A stretch of 63,959 nucleotides of DNA, counting the filler, from Octopus bimaculoides (taxonomy: Eukaryota), in assembly GCF_001194135.2 (NCBI RefSeq). It is 4 parts of 4 records of this genome, joined end to end, with 100 filler letters (N's around TTAATTAATTAA, not from the genome) between each part and the next. Parts side by side here need not be neighbours in the genome. Positions count along the whole stretch, not along the records: positions 31,533 to 57,518 come from NC_068987.1; positions 57,619 to 62,179 come from NC_068993.1; positions 62,280 to 63,959 come from NW_026411059.1; 1 more part is not named here. The stretch is one strand, 5' to 3'. The notes beneath the pieces were generated by a model. That model ran no database searches, was not told the DNA's origin, and saw nothing but the letters and a program-made list of their open reading frames with translations. The translations under genes and the position numbers were made by a program. Positions 51,685 to 63,806 of this stretch are shown in pieces. The stretch's first letter is position 1. Each line of letters starts with the position of its first letter.

Positions 51685-51979
51685 TAATGTTTGCTTTTAT
51701 GATAAGTTTTATATGATAGATCGCTGACCACTACATTAAAATTTTTTTCTCCTTGTTTTTCTCCTTATTTCTTTCTGCGTTCCTTTCTGTTGAAGGGCGT
51801 AGCTCGAAACGTTAAAGACTTTTTAACGCTCGGGAATAGAGAAAGTCTTTAACGTTTCGAGCTACGCCCTTCAACAGAAAGGAACGCAGAAAGAAATAAG
51901 GAGAAAAACAAGGAGAAAAAAATTTAAATGCAGTGGTCAGCGATCTATCATATAAAACTTATCATAAAAGCAAACATTA
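51685..51979. repeat. Foldback inverted repeat: 138-bp arms, 19-nt spacer, 2 mismatches
   Basis: Left arm 51685-51822 is the reverse complement of right arm 51842-51979 except ctac/ctgc and ttaaaa/tttaaa. Confidence 0.92.
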
Positions 51980-52710
51980 ATACACGTACACGTAATGAAG
52001 CCAAGTAATGATATTTTGAATGCATTTAGTACGTACGTTTCAGATCATTAAGCAATAATAGATAGAAAGGGAATTTCATTTCTTGCGCAAGATTTTTCTC
52101 AGTTAAGACGTGTGTTCGTGCGTTTATGTGTGTATATGAATTTCAGTGTGTGCTTGTGTGAGTGTGTGCGTGTGTGTGTGTGTGTGCAATGCATGTACAC
52201 ATTGTATGCACGCCCACGAAAATCGAGTGTATACATCCATGGATTTCCATGTGTGCACATATTGTGCTTGTGCTGTGTTTCGAAAACACACTTCTGCAAT
52301 ATATAAATTCTTTCACTTGTTTCAGTGAAAGCCTGATATCAGTGCTGGAATTTATCCACAGTGCTTTAAAAAAGGTATCTAAAAGATAATTTGGTACTTC
52401 TTCGGAATCCCCCCACCCTATAACTTTTGAACCAGGCATTTTTTGTTTTGTTTTGTTTTATTTATGTTTTCGATATCGGAGATTACGATTCAGCAAAAAA
52501 GAAATAAAACCATCTTTAATTTCAATTCCCCACCCCAAATTTATTTGCTTTGTTTACAGTTGACAAGACGTGGTATCACGCACAAAATCACAGCCCCCAA
52601 ATCCTGTTTCCTGATTGGGTGAAAATTATCAAACTTTAAACCTCTATATCTTTTTAAAAACATTTTTCTGGAAAAAGTGAAACAACTCCAGCAATTTAGC
52701 TTGGAACAGT

Positions 52711-52828
52711 ACATTATTGTGCCAAATTTTAAAATTTTCGATAAACTCTAATTTTTGAAATGCTGGTATAACATTATTTTGCCAAATTTTAAAATTTTCG
52801 ATAAACTTTAATTTTTGAAATGCTGGTA
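52711..52828. repeat. 60-bp tandem duplication (2 copies, 2 mismatches)
   Basis: acattattgtgccaaattttaaaattttcg... repeats at 52771. Confidence 0.9.
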
Positions 52829-54172
52829 GCCAAACCGTCTTCAATTCTCTTTCCCCGCCACCCACCATTTCTTGAATCAGTAATTTTTTATAAAAAGAAT
52901 TTCGGATTCCTTTGCGATTTCTGTCGAAATTCTGAAGGGAGTTATACATATAGGTGGCAGGTAACGCTATGTAAGTGCTACGAAAGGACCGTAGTTAAAC
53001 TCTCGGTTCGGTAACGATATGAGTGAGGAGTCTAATGCGGGTCTTGTATGAGCATGTATATGAGACATTTTATTTAACATACACACACACACACACACGC
53101 ACACACAAACGCACGCACACACCACACACATATATATGTATGCATGTATGTATGTATTTGTATGGGAGTGGGGTGTATCTAGTTGCCTGTGATATGCCTT
53201 TGACTTTCTGCGGGAATATGTGTGATAAATTAGTCTTGATACAGTTTATCTGTGTGAAGTAAATACCCACTCCTTTTCTAAAGCCCTCACACTCTCCCAT
53301 AGAAACAAGTCTTTCAACCCAACACGTTTCCCACATCTTATCACAATAAAACTACATCGCACGCTTTTCAACTCTCCCATCAACCTTCAAATGAAAAATT
53401 CTTTAGTCAAAACTTTAATTCAACCACGCCTTAAATTTATCTCCCATTAACAGATTTTATATTCCCTCGATTTTATCAGTACTCAAGTTACTATTCTTGG
53501 GCATAGCAACATTCTGATAACCTCCTAACTGACTTTGTTTCCTCACAACCTTCTGAGAAACGCATATATTTAAAAGAAATTTTTGCTAAGATACGTCCTC
53601 AAGGTGTAGATTCTGATTATGTTGATAAAAATTTATAAACAAATTTTTGTAGGAATTCCGGGTAATTATTCCTCTTCCCACCAATTCGTTGCCAAAAAAT
53701 TCTGCTACTTTAATACTCTTAATAATTTTCCGTTTCACATATTTCTATTTTGAAACTCCAATACTACGTAATCTATACTTTAAAAAACGTGTTTCTGCAA
53801 CATGTCATTTAAAAAAAAAAGAGTTACCAGAAAACAAAGTCGAGAGAGGGAAGAATAATTCGAAAATAATAATAATAATAATAATCCTTTCTACTACAGG
53901 CACAAGGCCAGGAATTTCGGGATAGGAAACTAGTCAATTATATCGATTCCATTTCTCGGCTGTTACTAATGGACCCCGTAAGAGATGAAAGGCACAGTCG
54001 ACCTCGGAGGTGCTTCTAGGTTAATTTGCCAAGATATATCAGATCCTCAGTTTTAAACACCCATACACACACGTGCACACACATACGCACACACACGCAC
54101 ATATACATACACACACACACACGCACACACGTATCTTCTCTGCCTCTCTTTATATATATATATATATATGTG

Positions 54173-54204
<32 letters not shown>

Positions 54205-54646
54205 NNNNNNNNNNNNNNNNNNNNNNNNNNNNNNNNNNNNNNNNNNNNNNNNNNNNNNNNNNNNNNNNNNNNNNNNNNNNNNNNNNNNNNNNNNNNNNNN
54301 NNNNNNNNNNNNNNNNNNNNNNNNNNNNNNNNNNNNNNNNNNNNNNNNNNNNNNNNNNNNNNNNNNNNNNNNNNNNNNNNNNNNNNNNNNNNNNNNNNNN
54401 NNNNNNNNNNNNNNNNNNNNNNNNNNNNNNNNNNNNNNNNNNNNNNNNNNNNNNNNNNNNNNNNNNNNNNNNNNNNNNNNNNNNNNNNNNNNNNNNNNNN
54501 NNNNNNNNNNNNNNNNNNNNNNNNNNNNNNNNNNNNNNNNNNNNNNNNNNNNNNNNNNNNNNNNNNNNNNNNNNNNNNNNNNNNNNNNNNNNNNNNNNNN
54601 NNNNNNNNNNNNNNNNNNNNNNNNNNNNNNNNNNNNNNNNNNNNNN

Positions 54647-54700
54647 CAATGATGGAGTGATCTACACCGATGCAAACAGTCGTCAGATGATGTACAGGAA
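54647..54700 (+). CDS. MAN2B1: MAN2B1-like exon, 3' part only (5' part in N-gap 54205-54646): NDGVIYTDANSRQMMYR(K)
   Basis: YTDxN motif; aa|gttagt donor, phase 2, matching the next exon. Confidence 0.88.
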
Positions 54701-54765
54701 GTTAGTATCAATCTGCTCTATCCATGGAAAATCTGAAGTTTCAGGACATCGAAGATGTACAGCAA

Positions 54766-54812
<47 letters not shown>

Positions 54813-55129
54813 AGACAAGAACCGAATGATGCTTGTCTGGGTATAGTCGGCCGTTGACTTCTTTTGGAGAGGTTATTTCTACCTTTGGCGGGTTATATTT
54901 CTAGACCTGTATCACAGAAAAGTTAATCCTTTGACAGTCCTCTGTATCAAATGTGACACACAGGAGATACATCGCCAACTTGGGATTATTGAAAGGGAGG
55001 TTTTATATTACTCTGAACGTATGAAACAGGGGCTAACTAAAAGTCTGAAAACAAACATGGGCGATTCAGACAAACTTATGAAAATGCTTTGATTAGGTAA
55101 AGGGTTAAATGGAGAAAGCAGAACAAATT

Positions 55130-55165
<36 letters not shown>

Positions 55166-56299
55166 GGGAGAGAGAAAATAAGTGAGTTAGAGTGAGAGGG
55201 AGAGAGAAAAAGTGTAAAAGAGAGAGGGAAAGGAAAAGAATAATGAAGAAGGAGAGAAAAAGGGAGAGGGAGAACTAGCGACAGAGGGAAAATGACATGG
55301 TTGGCGTGGAGAGTTCACGATGCTGTGTTTGCATGCATGCGCAGATATGAATGATATGTGGTATAGAAAAATAGTGTATTATGATGTAGAAGGGAAGGGG
55401 TAGTAGGCTGGAGGTATGTTCCTAGGTTTAAGGTGAATTCAGTTTGTTTATAAATGTATGCAAGTAGTGGGGTACGTTTATAAATGTACGCAAGTAGTGG
55501 GTACCTGTGCTAGTGTAGTTTGTGGTACGTTTAATATATGTATATGAATGTATTGTTGCATAGGCAGAGTATGTTGTCTGTGAGATGTGTATGTGAATGT
55601 GTAGTGTACTAAAATAGAATACCGAATAGTAAAGTGTAATTATGTTACCAGGCCCACATTATTCTATTCATATCGAGGGGGCGGAGTAGTCAAGACGGAA
55701 GATAAGGCGTTGTTCTTTTTGGTAGCAAGAAGCAGGGGGGGTCCGAAGTGTGAAATAACGCCACAAACTGGGAGATGGAAAATGGTATGTGCAAGTGATA
55801 TCCAATTGTTTATGTGGTGTTCAGACGGATATCACATAAATGTTCAATATTACAATCCACTAACTTACAGCCAGTTTTACCAATATTAATGAGCTCACAG
55901 AGCTTACATTGAAGGTAATAACTGACATTTTTAATGGTCCAGAATTTGTTTAACTGTATTTAATCACATTGTTCTATGTGTTCTGAGTAAAAATATCACG
56001 TCAAGTTATATTTAGCTTTTTCATTATACTGGTCTCAATAAGTCAATTCCCAATACTCCATTGGAGTCGATTCAATCATCTTTCATTCACAACAAAAGAT
56101 ATGAAACTGTAGTGCTAATGTTAGTAATCAAACCCCTACTTTTTTTTATATTAAGCCTTTCATCCTTTGGTACAATGGTAAATAAAGGAATTGCTAAATC
56201 CTGGATCTGTGTGATTCTATCCTCAACCCTAGATGATGAGAATCCTTCACTCTTGGCGAGGATATATGTGTGGATGTGTGGATATGTGTTTGCATTTAT

Positions 56300-56680
56300 G
56301 TATGTATGTTATTATTTGGTTTTATTTCAAGATTTATTGCCAATAGAGAAAGAACCGGTTCTAACCTAGATCTAAGGCTCCTTCAACATCAACAACAGGG
56401 CATTTTGTATGTATGTATACGTGCAGATTTGTATGTTTTGTTTTATGCATGGCTTCTCATGCATATACTAGCATATCTTGCATACTTAAATGATAAACTT
56501 CTGGAAAGTTTTACAGATTTTTGCAGTTCCAGTGATGGCTTGGATCTGTAGTCTTCGAATCAGCTTTCTCCTTTCTAGTCTTGGGGAGCCTAATTTCTCA
56601 AGATTGGTATTTAGGCAGTATGTTACATATCCCAGTGCCCCCAAATTACAGGTATGAACCTGAACTTGTATATGTGTATA
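56300..56680 (-). mobile_element. R4/Dong-like LINE 3' end and UTR, antisense, with (CATA)n tail
   Basis: Minus frame LGALGYV..CLNTNLEKLGSPRLERRKLIRRLQIQAITGTAKICKTFQKFII*; the UTR matches 38140-38395. Confidence 0.75.
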
Positions 56681-56811
56681 ATCAATTCGTCCGTATTTAC
56701 GTAGCCTCGTGCATACGTTAGAAATTTTTATTACTACTATCATTTGGTTATTAATGATATTCATAATATAATAACGAAATATTTCTTGTTTCACTTCATA
56801 AAACACTTTAG

Positions 56812-56899
56812 AATCAACCATCGCGATACATGGGATTTCTCTAACTCGGAACCTGTTGCTGGTAATTATTACCCCATCACAAGCAGAGCCTATATAAGG
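56812..56899 (+). CDS. MAN2B1: MAN2B1-like exon, 88 nt, phase 2/0: (K)INHRDTWDFSNSEPVAGNYYPITSRAYIR
   Basis: cactttag acceptor, agg|gtaagc donor. EPVAGNYYP motif. Confidence 0.95.
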
Positions 56900-57518
56900 G
56901 TAAGCATCCTGATTTCTAAACTAAAACATATTCAGATTTATACTTGCAGCTACATAAATCTAAAACGAACATCGTCGAAACTAACAATGAAAATGCAGTT
57001 GTTTGATCCACTGAAAATCCTTTATTATTTGAATTGGCGTTTCAATGGCTGGCAATTTCACAAACAAGTCTGCACTAAACCTAATCCTCAAAGAGAATCA
57101 TCACCTAAAGCTCAACTTATGTTTTTATGTTCATAAATTCTTTTCGCCTTATCATTGTTAATATATATAAAGTAACGGTTGTTACCACTTCAACGAGGTT
57201 GTTCCATACAGAACACTGTTACTACTCTTTTTAATCCCAGGAGAACATCTCCTCCAGCCGGTCAACGACACACTATCTGTGTTCGTTGTATTGCAAACAA
57301 GGGAGCGGACAACTCCCATCTAGCGGTGACAGGAACCAATAGATTAGTTAGTTTCTGGGTATAACCCCTGCCACCACCACCACCACCACGATCTGGTTAT
57401 ACGTGTCTGCTAGACATGGCAGTCATTCGTTCTAGTTTGTAATATATAAAAGGTTAAGCGACACAGCCGCTGACCTTACATCCAGCAGTGTAGCTAGTTC
57501 AAAAATTTCTATACTAGA

Positions 57519-57618
57519 NNNNNNNNNNNNNNNNNNNNNNNNNNNNNNNNNNNNNNNNNNNNTTAATTAATTAANNNNNNNNNNNNNNNNNNNNNNNNNN
57601 NNNNNNNNNNNNNNNNNN
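57519..57618. other. Assembly spacer (44 N + TTAATTAATTAA + 44 N)
   Basis: Same construct as 31433-31532. Confidence 0.9.
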
Positions 57619-57658
<40 letters not shown>

Positions 57659-58612
57659 GGATTGGAATATTTCGAAGACTAAATTTATCATTAGGTATTG
57701 AAAAGTGGGATTTGGAGAGCGTAAATCAATGAGATGATGGAAGGAAAGAAATCAACAAATTTATTGATTTCAAACCTTGAAAGGGTTATAAATGCTTCTA
57801 TTACGTTATTAGTGGCCTGTTTTGTTTATTTTCTTTACCCGTCGTTATCGTTACTGTCACTGCAAAGATGGGAGTTGTTTGAGACGTTTTTTTTTTCGTT
57901 AGTAGTGTTTTTCTTGCTATATTCTTGACTTTCTTGTTTCCTATTGTGATATTTACTTTGGAATTTATAGCTATTTTAGTAGGTATTTTTGTTGTTGCAC
58001 CCCTTCTGCTTATCCCTTGGTCTGTTCTGATGAATTAGACATATAATCAAAGGCGTTTCTCAGACTCTAACCCTTTCGATACAGTTTTTCTAGGATCACA
58101 TTATTCCCTGCGCCGTTCCCCGTTTATTTCAAAGGGCCAGAATTTTGCTGCTATTTCCAGCCGTATTGCATGAAATAAATGTTGCTAGTGTTCATAGATA
58201 GACAGAAATAGATAGAGTGAAGAAGTCATTGTTACTCATGTTGACTGAAAGAACCATCATGGGACACTACATCTTAATGGATTCCAATATCTTTATGTGC
58301 GGCCTATATGGGATTTCTGCTTCAGAGCCATACAAAACAACAGAAACAGGGGTTCTAAGTGATAATATACTGTTTAGAAAAATATATCTTTCACAACCTT
58401 CCAAAGGACAAAGATGGCTGCGTAAGACAGTTTTGGATTTTCTCGTTAAGCAAACCGAAGTTTAAAACGATGGTACTTTTGTTTCGTATTTTAACTTTTC
58501 AAGAAACTCATAGTTCACTAGAGAACTCTCTATGATCCCAGAGTTATTGTTCTAGTATACTTCATGAAAACGAGGAATAGAATGAGTCTGCATAAAATAC
58601 ATAAATCAATAA

Positions 58613-58850
58613 AAGCTGCGTGCTAGCAGAATCGTTAGCACGCCGAGCGAAATGCTCAGCGGTATTTCGTCTGCCGTAACGTTCTGAGTTCAAATTCCGC
58701 CGAGGTCGACTTTGCCTTCCATCCTTTCAGGGTCGATTAAATAAGTACCAGTTACACACTGGGGGTCGATATAATCGACCTAATCCCTTTGTCTGTCCTT
58801 GTTTGTCCACTCTATGTTTAGCCCCCTGTGGACAAAAAAGAAATAAATAA
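58613..58850 (+). mobile_element. Near full-length copy of the abundant SINE family
   Basis: gcagaatcgttagcacgccgagcgaaatgc...gagttcaaattccgccgaggtcgactttgcc...gtttagccccctgtggacaaaaaagaaata. Confidence 0.8.
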
Positions 58851-59479
58851 AATTTGCATGTGTAAGTTTCCTCGTAGGCATCAAGTATTTATCATTGACA
58901 GGAAATCAGAGAATGCAGCTATTGTTGCTGATGTATTGAGAACGTGCAGAGAGAAAAGGGTGGTGCAGTGAGTTATTGACATGGTCTAATATTCTTTGAT
59001 GCTAATTGTTAGGACGATATTTTCACAAAGTATAATACTTGGTATAGCGAAGACTCATGGTAACTTCCTTTCTCTGTGGGTGATCTATTATAACAGTCAT
59101 TTGTATATTGTAGTTCGAATAACTTTTTCAAATTATAGAGTATATACATATAAACACAAATTTGAAGGGACATAAAAACATTCCTGAGAGCCTTGAAGCG
59201 TCATAGAAATATCACTTAGACATCGATTAAAAAACCCTCATCCAAAAATAAATACATACGCAAATCTCTTAAAAGAGAAGACATAATTTTAGTAGTTTGG
59301 ATTTATACAACACGAATAAATAAACAAAATGAAACTACATATATATATATATATATATACACATACATATATATGCACACACACACACATATATATGTAC
59401 TTACATATATATACATATCTTTATATGTGTGTTTGTATATATATACATACATATATATATATTTATATATATGTGTGTG

Positions 59480-59518
<39 letters not shown>

Positions 59519-61142
59519 ATGCATAGGTTTTGCCTTGTAACCATTTGTATGTTGCATATATTGACAGGCATTGGGACTAGTGGTAGACTCATAACTACTT
59601 CAAAAAATCATATTTCAAAAACTATACATTTTTTTAAATTCAAGAACAAGATATCTAAACCGCAAAGATTATTCGAAAGAGGTTGCGACTTTATTAATCA
59701 ATCTAGATGCAATCGAAAATGCTGATTAATTCCCATTTCTGTAAAGGATACTGCATATTGGAGGTCGTCAATGTCCACAATATTTGATTAAATACTTCAA
59801 TAAAGAATGATATGGAAATCAAAATAATATAAAATTTTCTGAAGATTTCTCTTGCCGAGTACATATATTTCAATAGAGTATTGTTGAAGTAGCCCTTTGA
59901 AAACATTTTCTACCAAGATTTAACATAAAATTAGCGGTAGACCTTATGCACAAGTAGATCCCATATTTACTGATCCTAGTATTGAATTACCTCACCAGCT
60001 GTCGTCGGAACGTTAGCTGGTGACGTAGAACTAGAAATACCAGCCAAATCTTCCCCTGTTTTGCAATCTCCGTCTTAAAACGTTTAATTACACATCGAAT
60101 ATATCGTATCCAATGTGTCTGAATATCACAAATATGGAACAGAAGGCTGAGTCGAAATTAACACTGATTTATTGGAGCTATAATAAGTGCACCAGCTGTA
60201 AAGCTCCAATATATTCGAGAGGTTAAAACGATATAATTTAAACCTATTACCCCATAACTCGAAAGGTTTTAAGGGGTAGGATATTTTGTTGATATACATT
60301 AAACAACATCGTGGAGGCTCCCTCAGTAAAGCCTTATAGCTAAATGTCATATGATATCTTCATAGCTAAATGTCATGTGATTATTTTTCTTTAGTATTCA
60401 TTTGTAGCGAGTTGCTGAGGTCGATAGTATCAAACAACTCCTCTTTTCAAAATTGCTTGCCTTGTACCTAAATAAGAAAGAATTATTATTATATAAAAGA
60501 AATTATTGTTGTTGTTGTTGCTGTTACTAAGGTGCACCTTGAACAATGAGGTAAATGTGAGGGGCGGGTGTTGCAAGTTGAAAACGATTATGATTACGAT
60601 CATTATCATCATCATCACCATCAACATTTTCGGCTGTGTCATCATTGTACACGTCATCGTCATTGTCCTCCACTTCTTCCTACTTCCGCCAACTCCTCTT
60701 TGTCATTATTATTATTACTTTGTCGTTGTTGTTATTGTTGATTATTTTGTGAATTTCGTCGTTGTTGTTAAGGACTCCATTGATATTCGTTCGTTTCTTT
60801 TTGAGATTCAATCTTCAGTAAAGGAGATGTATTTGCATTATACCATTGATAACAGTGATTATATTATTTTTATCATGAAATTCCTATAACTTATAGATTA
60901 CATTGTTCGTATTAGTTTTATGTTTTATATTTAATTTGACAAGAAAATTCTAGGTTGTTTCAAACACGAATTTATTGAAGGCCATTAGGAAGGAACACCT
61001 TTGTAGTACATTCAAACGGTTGATGGAGAACAGCCATAATATCGATCGAAACCCTCCAAATAACTTTTCAAATGGTTAACAAACACATTGATACAATCAA
61101 ACGTATACACATAAAACTCACAAAGAGACAGAGAATGCACAC

Positions 61143-61220
<78 letters not shown>

Positions 61221-62179
61221 NNNNNNNNNNGTGTGTGTGTGTGTGTGTGTGTATGTGTGTGTGTGTGCACATATGTATGTATATAAACGCACACACGCCT
61301 ATATGTATACCTATGTATAAATATACGAAGAATACTGGAAGTAAATCTCCAGTTCAGATACAATTCGCTATCAAAATAAATAGCCCATTCAAGCTGTTAA
61401 CTGCATAAAAAAACTATACATGTACTTAACATAACTTCAATTTCATATTATATATTACAAAAATGCTGGAAATTAAAACTTCATTGAAAGGAACCAAAAA
61501 CTTGAAACTCATAGAACTAATGGAAATGTTCAATTATAAATGTGACCGTGAGGTTTGTAAACTTTGTGAATTAAGCTGTTATTTCCGACACACATAACTG
61601 CGTGTCATTGAACATGCACTTACAACAGATGAAAAGAATTTAGTATTTGCAAGTAACACATAGTTCCTCATCTAATTCTCTATAACAAACTATGGGAGTT
61701 TTAGTAATAGCACAATAGGAGGTAGTTAGAGCGCATTTGAAATAAACACAAAGACTTTACATGGAGTTGATTGCTAATCAATTTTAAGACATACGACCAG
61801 CCTTTGATTAGTAATAACATTTACCAATGGCATTTGCCACTTACAACACGAGTAGCATACAAACTATCGAAGATTTATTTATAGCGCAATACAAATCATA
61901 ATTCAACGCATAAATGCAGGTTACTTTTATCTTTTACTTCTTTGCCATCGGTCTTCGACCATCCTGGGACGCTGAGTTGGTGAGCGTAATCGAATAGGTC
62001 CATACAGTACTGATTTTAAAAGTCTGGTACATTTTCTATAGGTATCTTTTGTTGTTACAGAAAGTTAACAAAGCAATATTGGTTGTCCAGCTGTAGGGGC
62101 AAGAAACACAGACACAGACGTACATATAAATACCTATGTATCATTACACATGTATATATATATATATATATATATATAT

Positions 62180-62279
62180 NNNNNNNNNNNNNNNNNNNNN
62201 NNNNNNNNNNNNNNNNNNNNNNNTTAATTAATTAANNNNNNNNNNNNNNNNNNNNNNNNNNNNNNNNNNNNNNNNNNNN
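62180..62279. other. Assembly spacer (44 N + TTAATTAATTAA + 44 N)
   Basis: Same construct as 31433-31532. Confidence 0.9.
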
Positions 62280-62737
62280 TTTCTTTAAACTTGAAAATTA
62301 TTAAATCTTCATTGATCTATTTTTTGGAATTGTATATAGTTATTTCCCTAATTCCTCAATACTTAAAATTTCATTCTTATTTAATAGTATTAGATTTATT
62401 ATCTGAAACTTATATTTCACTTCCAACTTACAAATCTGCTCCACAAAAATATAGACGGGTTCCAATATTCATACACTTAGACTCGTCATGAACAGTAACC
62501 GGACTGCGAATTTTCAGAATAACACGCTCCACGGAAAATTATCTTTATTTTTCTTTTCAATGGAAAGCGCGCTTCATGATGTCTCCCTTTAAGACGAGTT
62601 TGGCAGCATTCGATATAGAATAAAACATGCAAATGATCTGAAATTGTCGATTATCTGCCCAGAAGAGTATAGAGAGCATGATAGCTGTATGCAAAAATAA
62701 ACAACGTGTATTTCTACCAAACTATATTCAATATATA

Positions 62738-63655
62738 CAGGGGCTGGACAAAATAATGGAAACACCTATCATCATAGCGTCATAGTTTTGAAATATGTAT
62801 AAAACCGTCGAAAGCCTGTTCTCTTTTATGTTTTTTTGAATTATTATTAGTGTTTCTTACGATATATCGCTAAAATTGCTGTTCCTTTTCAGATATCATC
62901 AGAAAAAGGTATTACAATTCACTAAAATGACTGATCCATCGGACTTTCAAAGAAGTCAAAATGTTGGTGCTCGTATGGCAGTCGCTGGCATAAGAAAAAC
63001 AGCCGAAATATTTAGTGTATCAAGAAGTACCGTCACGAATGTAATGACAGACTTCGATAAAAAGAGAAAATCTCCTCGTCGAAACAAAACTTCGGAGGAA
63101 AACCAAAACTTTCAGGTAGAGACCGTCGGACTCTTACGCTAATTGTTAGAAAGAATCACAAAAGTATTTCCTACCAACGGCCGAGTAGAGACAGCCACAT
63201 AAATCATTTGACCCAGACTGCCTTCTTCCAACTGTTAAACATGGAGGAGGGACTGTGATGATCTGGAGGTTGGGGCTATATCTTCGAAATCAGCCAGTGC
63301 AATGGTTTTCCTTCATGGCAGAATTAATAGTCAAGACTATTTAAGCATTGTATCAGAACAAATTCGTCCTATCGTTGCGGAACTGATTCCGGAGGGAAAC
63401 GCAATCTTTCAGGATGATAATGCACCAATTCACACAGCTAAAGTAGTTGCAGAATGGCACGAGGAACGTTCTAGTGAAGATGAACATCTTATCTGGCCAT
63501 CACAGTCCCCTGGTTTCAATATTATAGTACATTTACGGTGCATTTTAGAAAAAAACAAGTAAGGAGTCGATATCCTCCACCATCATCACTATAGAACTGT
63601 AGACTCTTTTAGCTGCAGAATGGACAAAAAATCCTTTGGAAACAATTGAAACTTT
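62738..63655 (+). mobile_element. Tc1-family DNA transposon remnant (frameshifted, internally deleted, right end missing)
   Basis: TA+caggggctggacaaaataatggaaacacc terminus; HTH piece SDFQRSQNVGARMA..IRKTAEIFSVSRSTV; catalytic pieces TVKHGGG and IFQDDNAPIHTAK...WPSQSP. Confidence 0.85.
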
Positions 63656-63760
63656 CATTATTTATATTATTTACATTTGACGGATATTTGTCCTCCAGCA
63701 TTCATCAGGTGTCCTAGAGAAATTTTGAACCTGTGTTCTCATTCCTGAGGTATTTTTCGA

Positions 63761-63806
<46 letters not shown>

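Larger units (their letters stand above)
32401..56899 (+). other. MAN2B1: Lysosomal alpha-mannosidase (GH38, MAN2B1-like) gene, visible portion (12 exons or exon parts); 5' and 3' ends not visible
   Basis: Manually spliced exons keep one reading frame with consistent intron phases. They are collinear with the middle and C-terminal part of human MAN2B1 as I recall it (TNH..MGxDF, YSTPxCY, DDFFPYA, WTGY, QHHDAVxGT, YNP, LPALGYSTY, SGAYIFRP, YTDxN, EPVAGNYYP). Confidence 0.93.

Noticed and set aside
58217-58465. ORF with LLMLTERT as the next mannosidase exon (LTVLTDRS)
   Set aside because: No in-frame acceptor and no QGGSS or ELMxHRR continuation.
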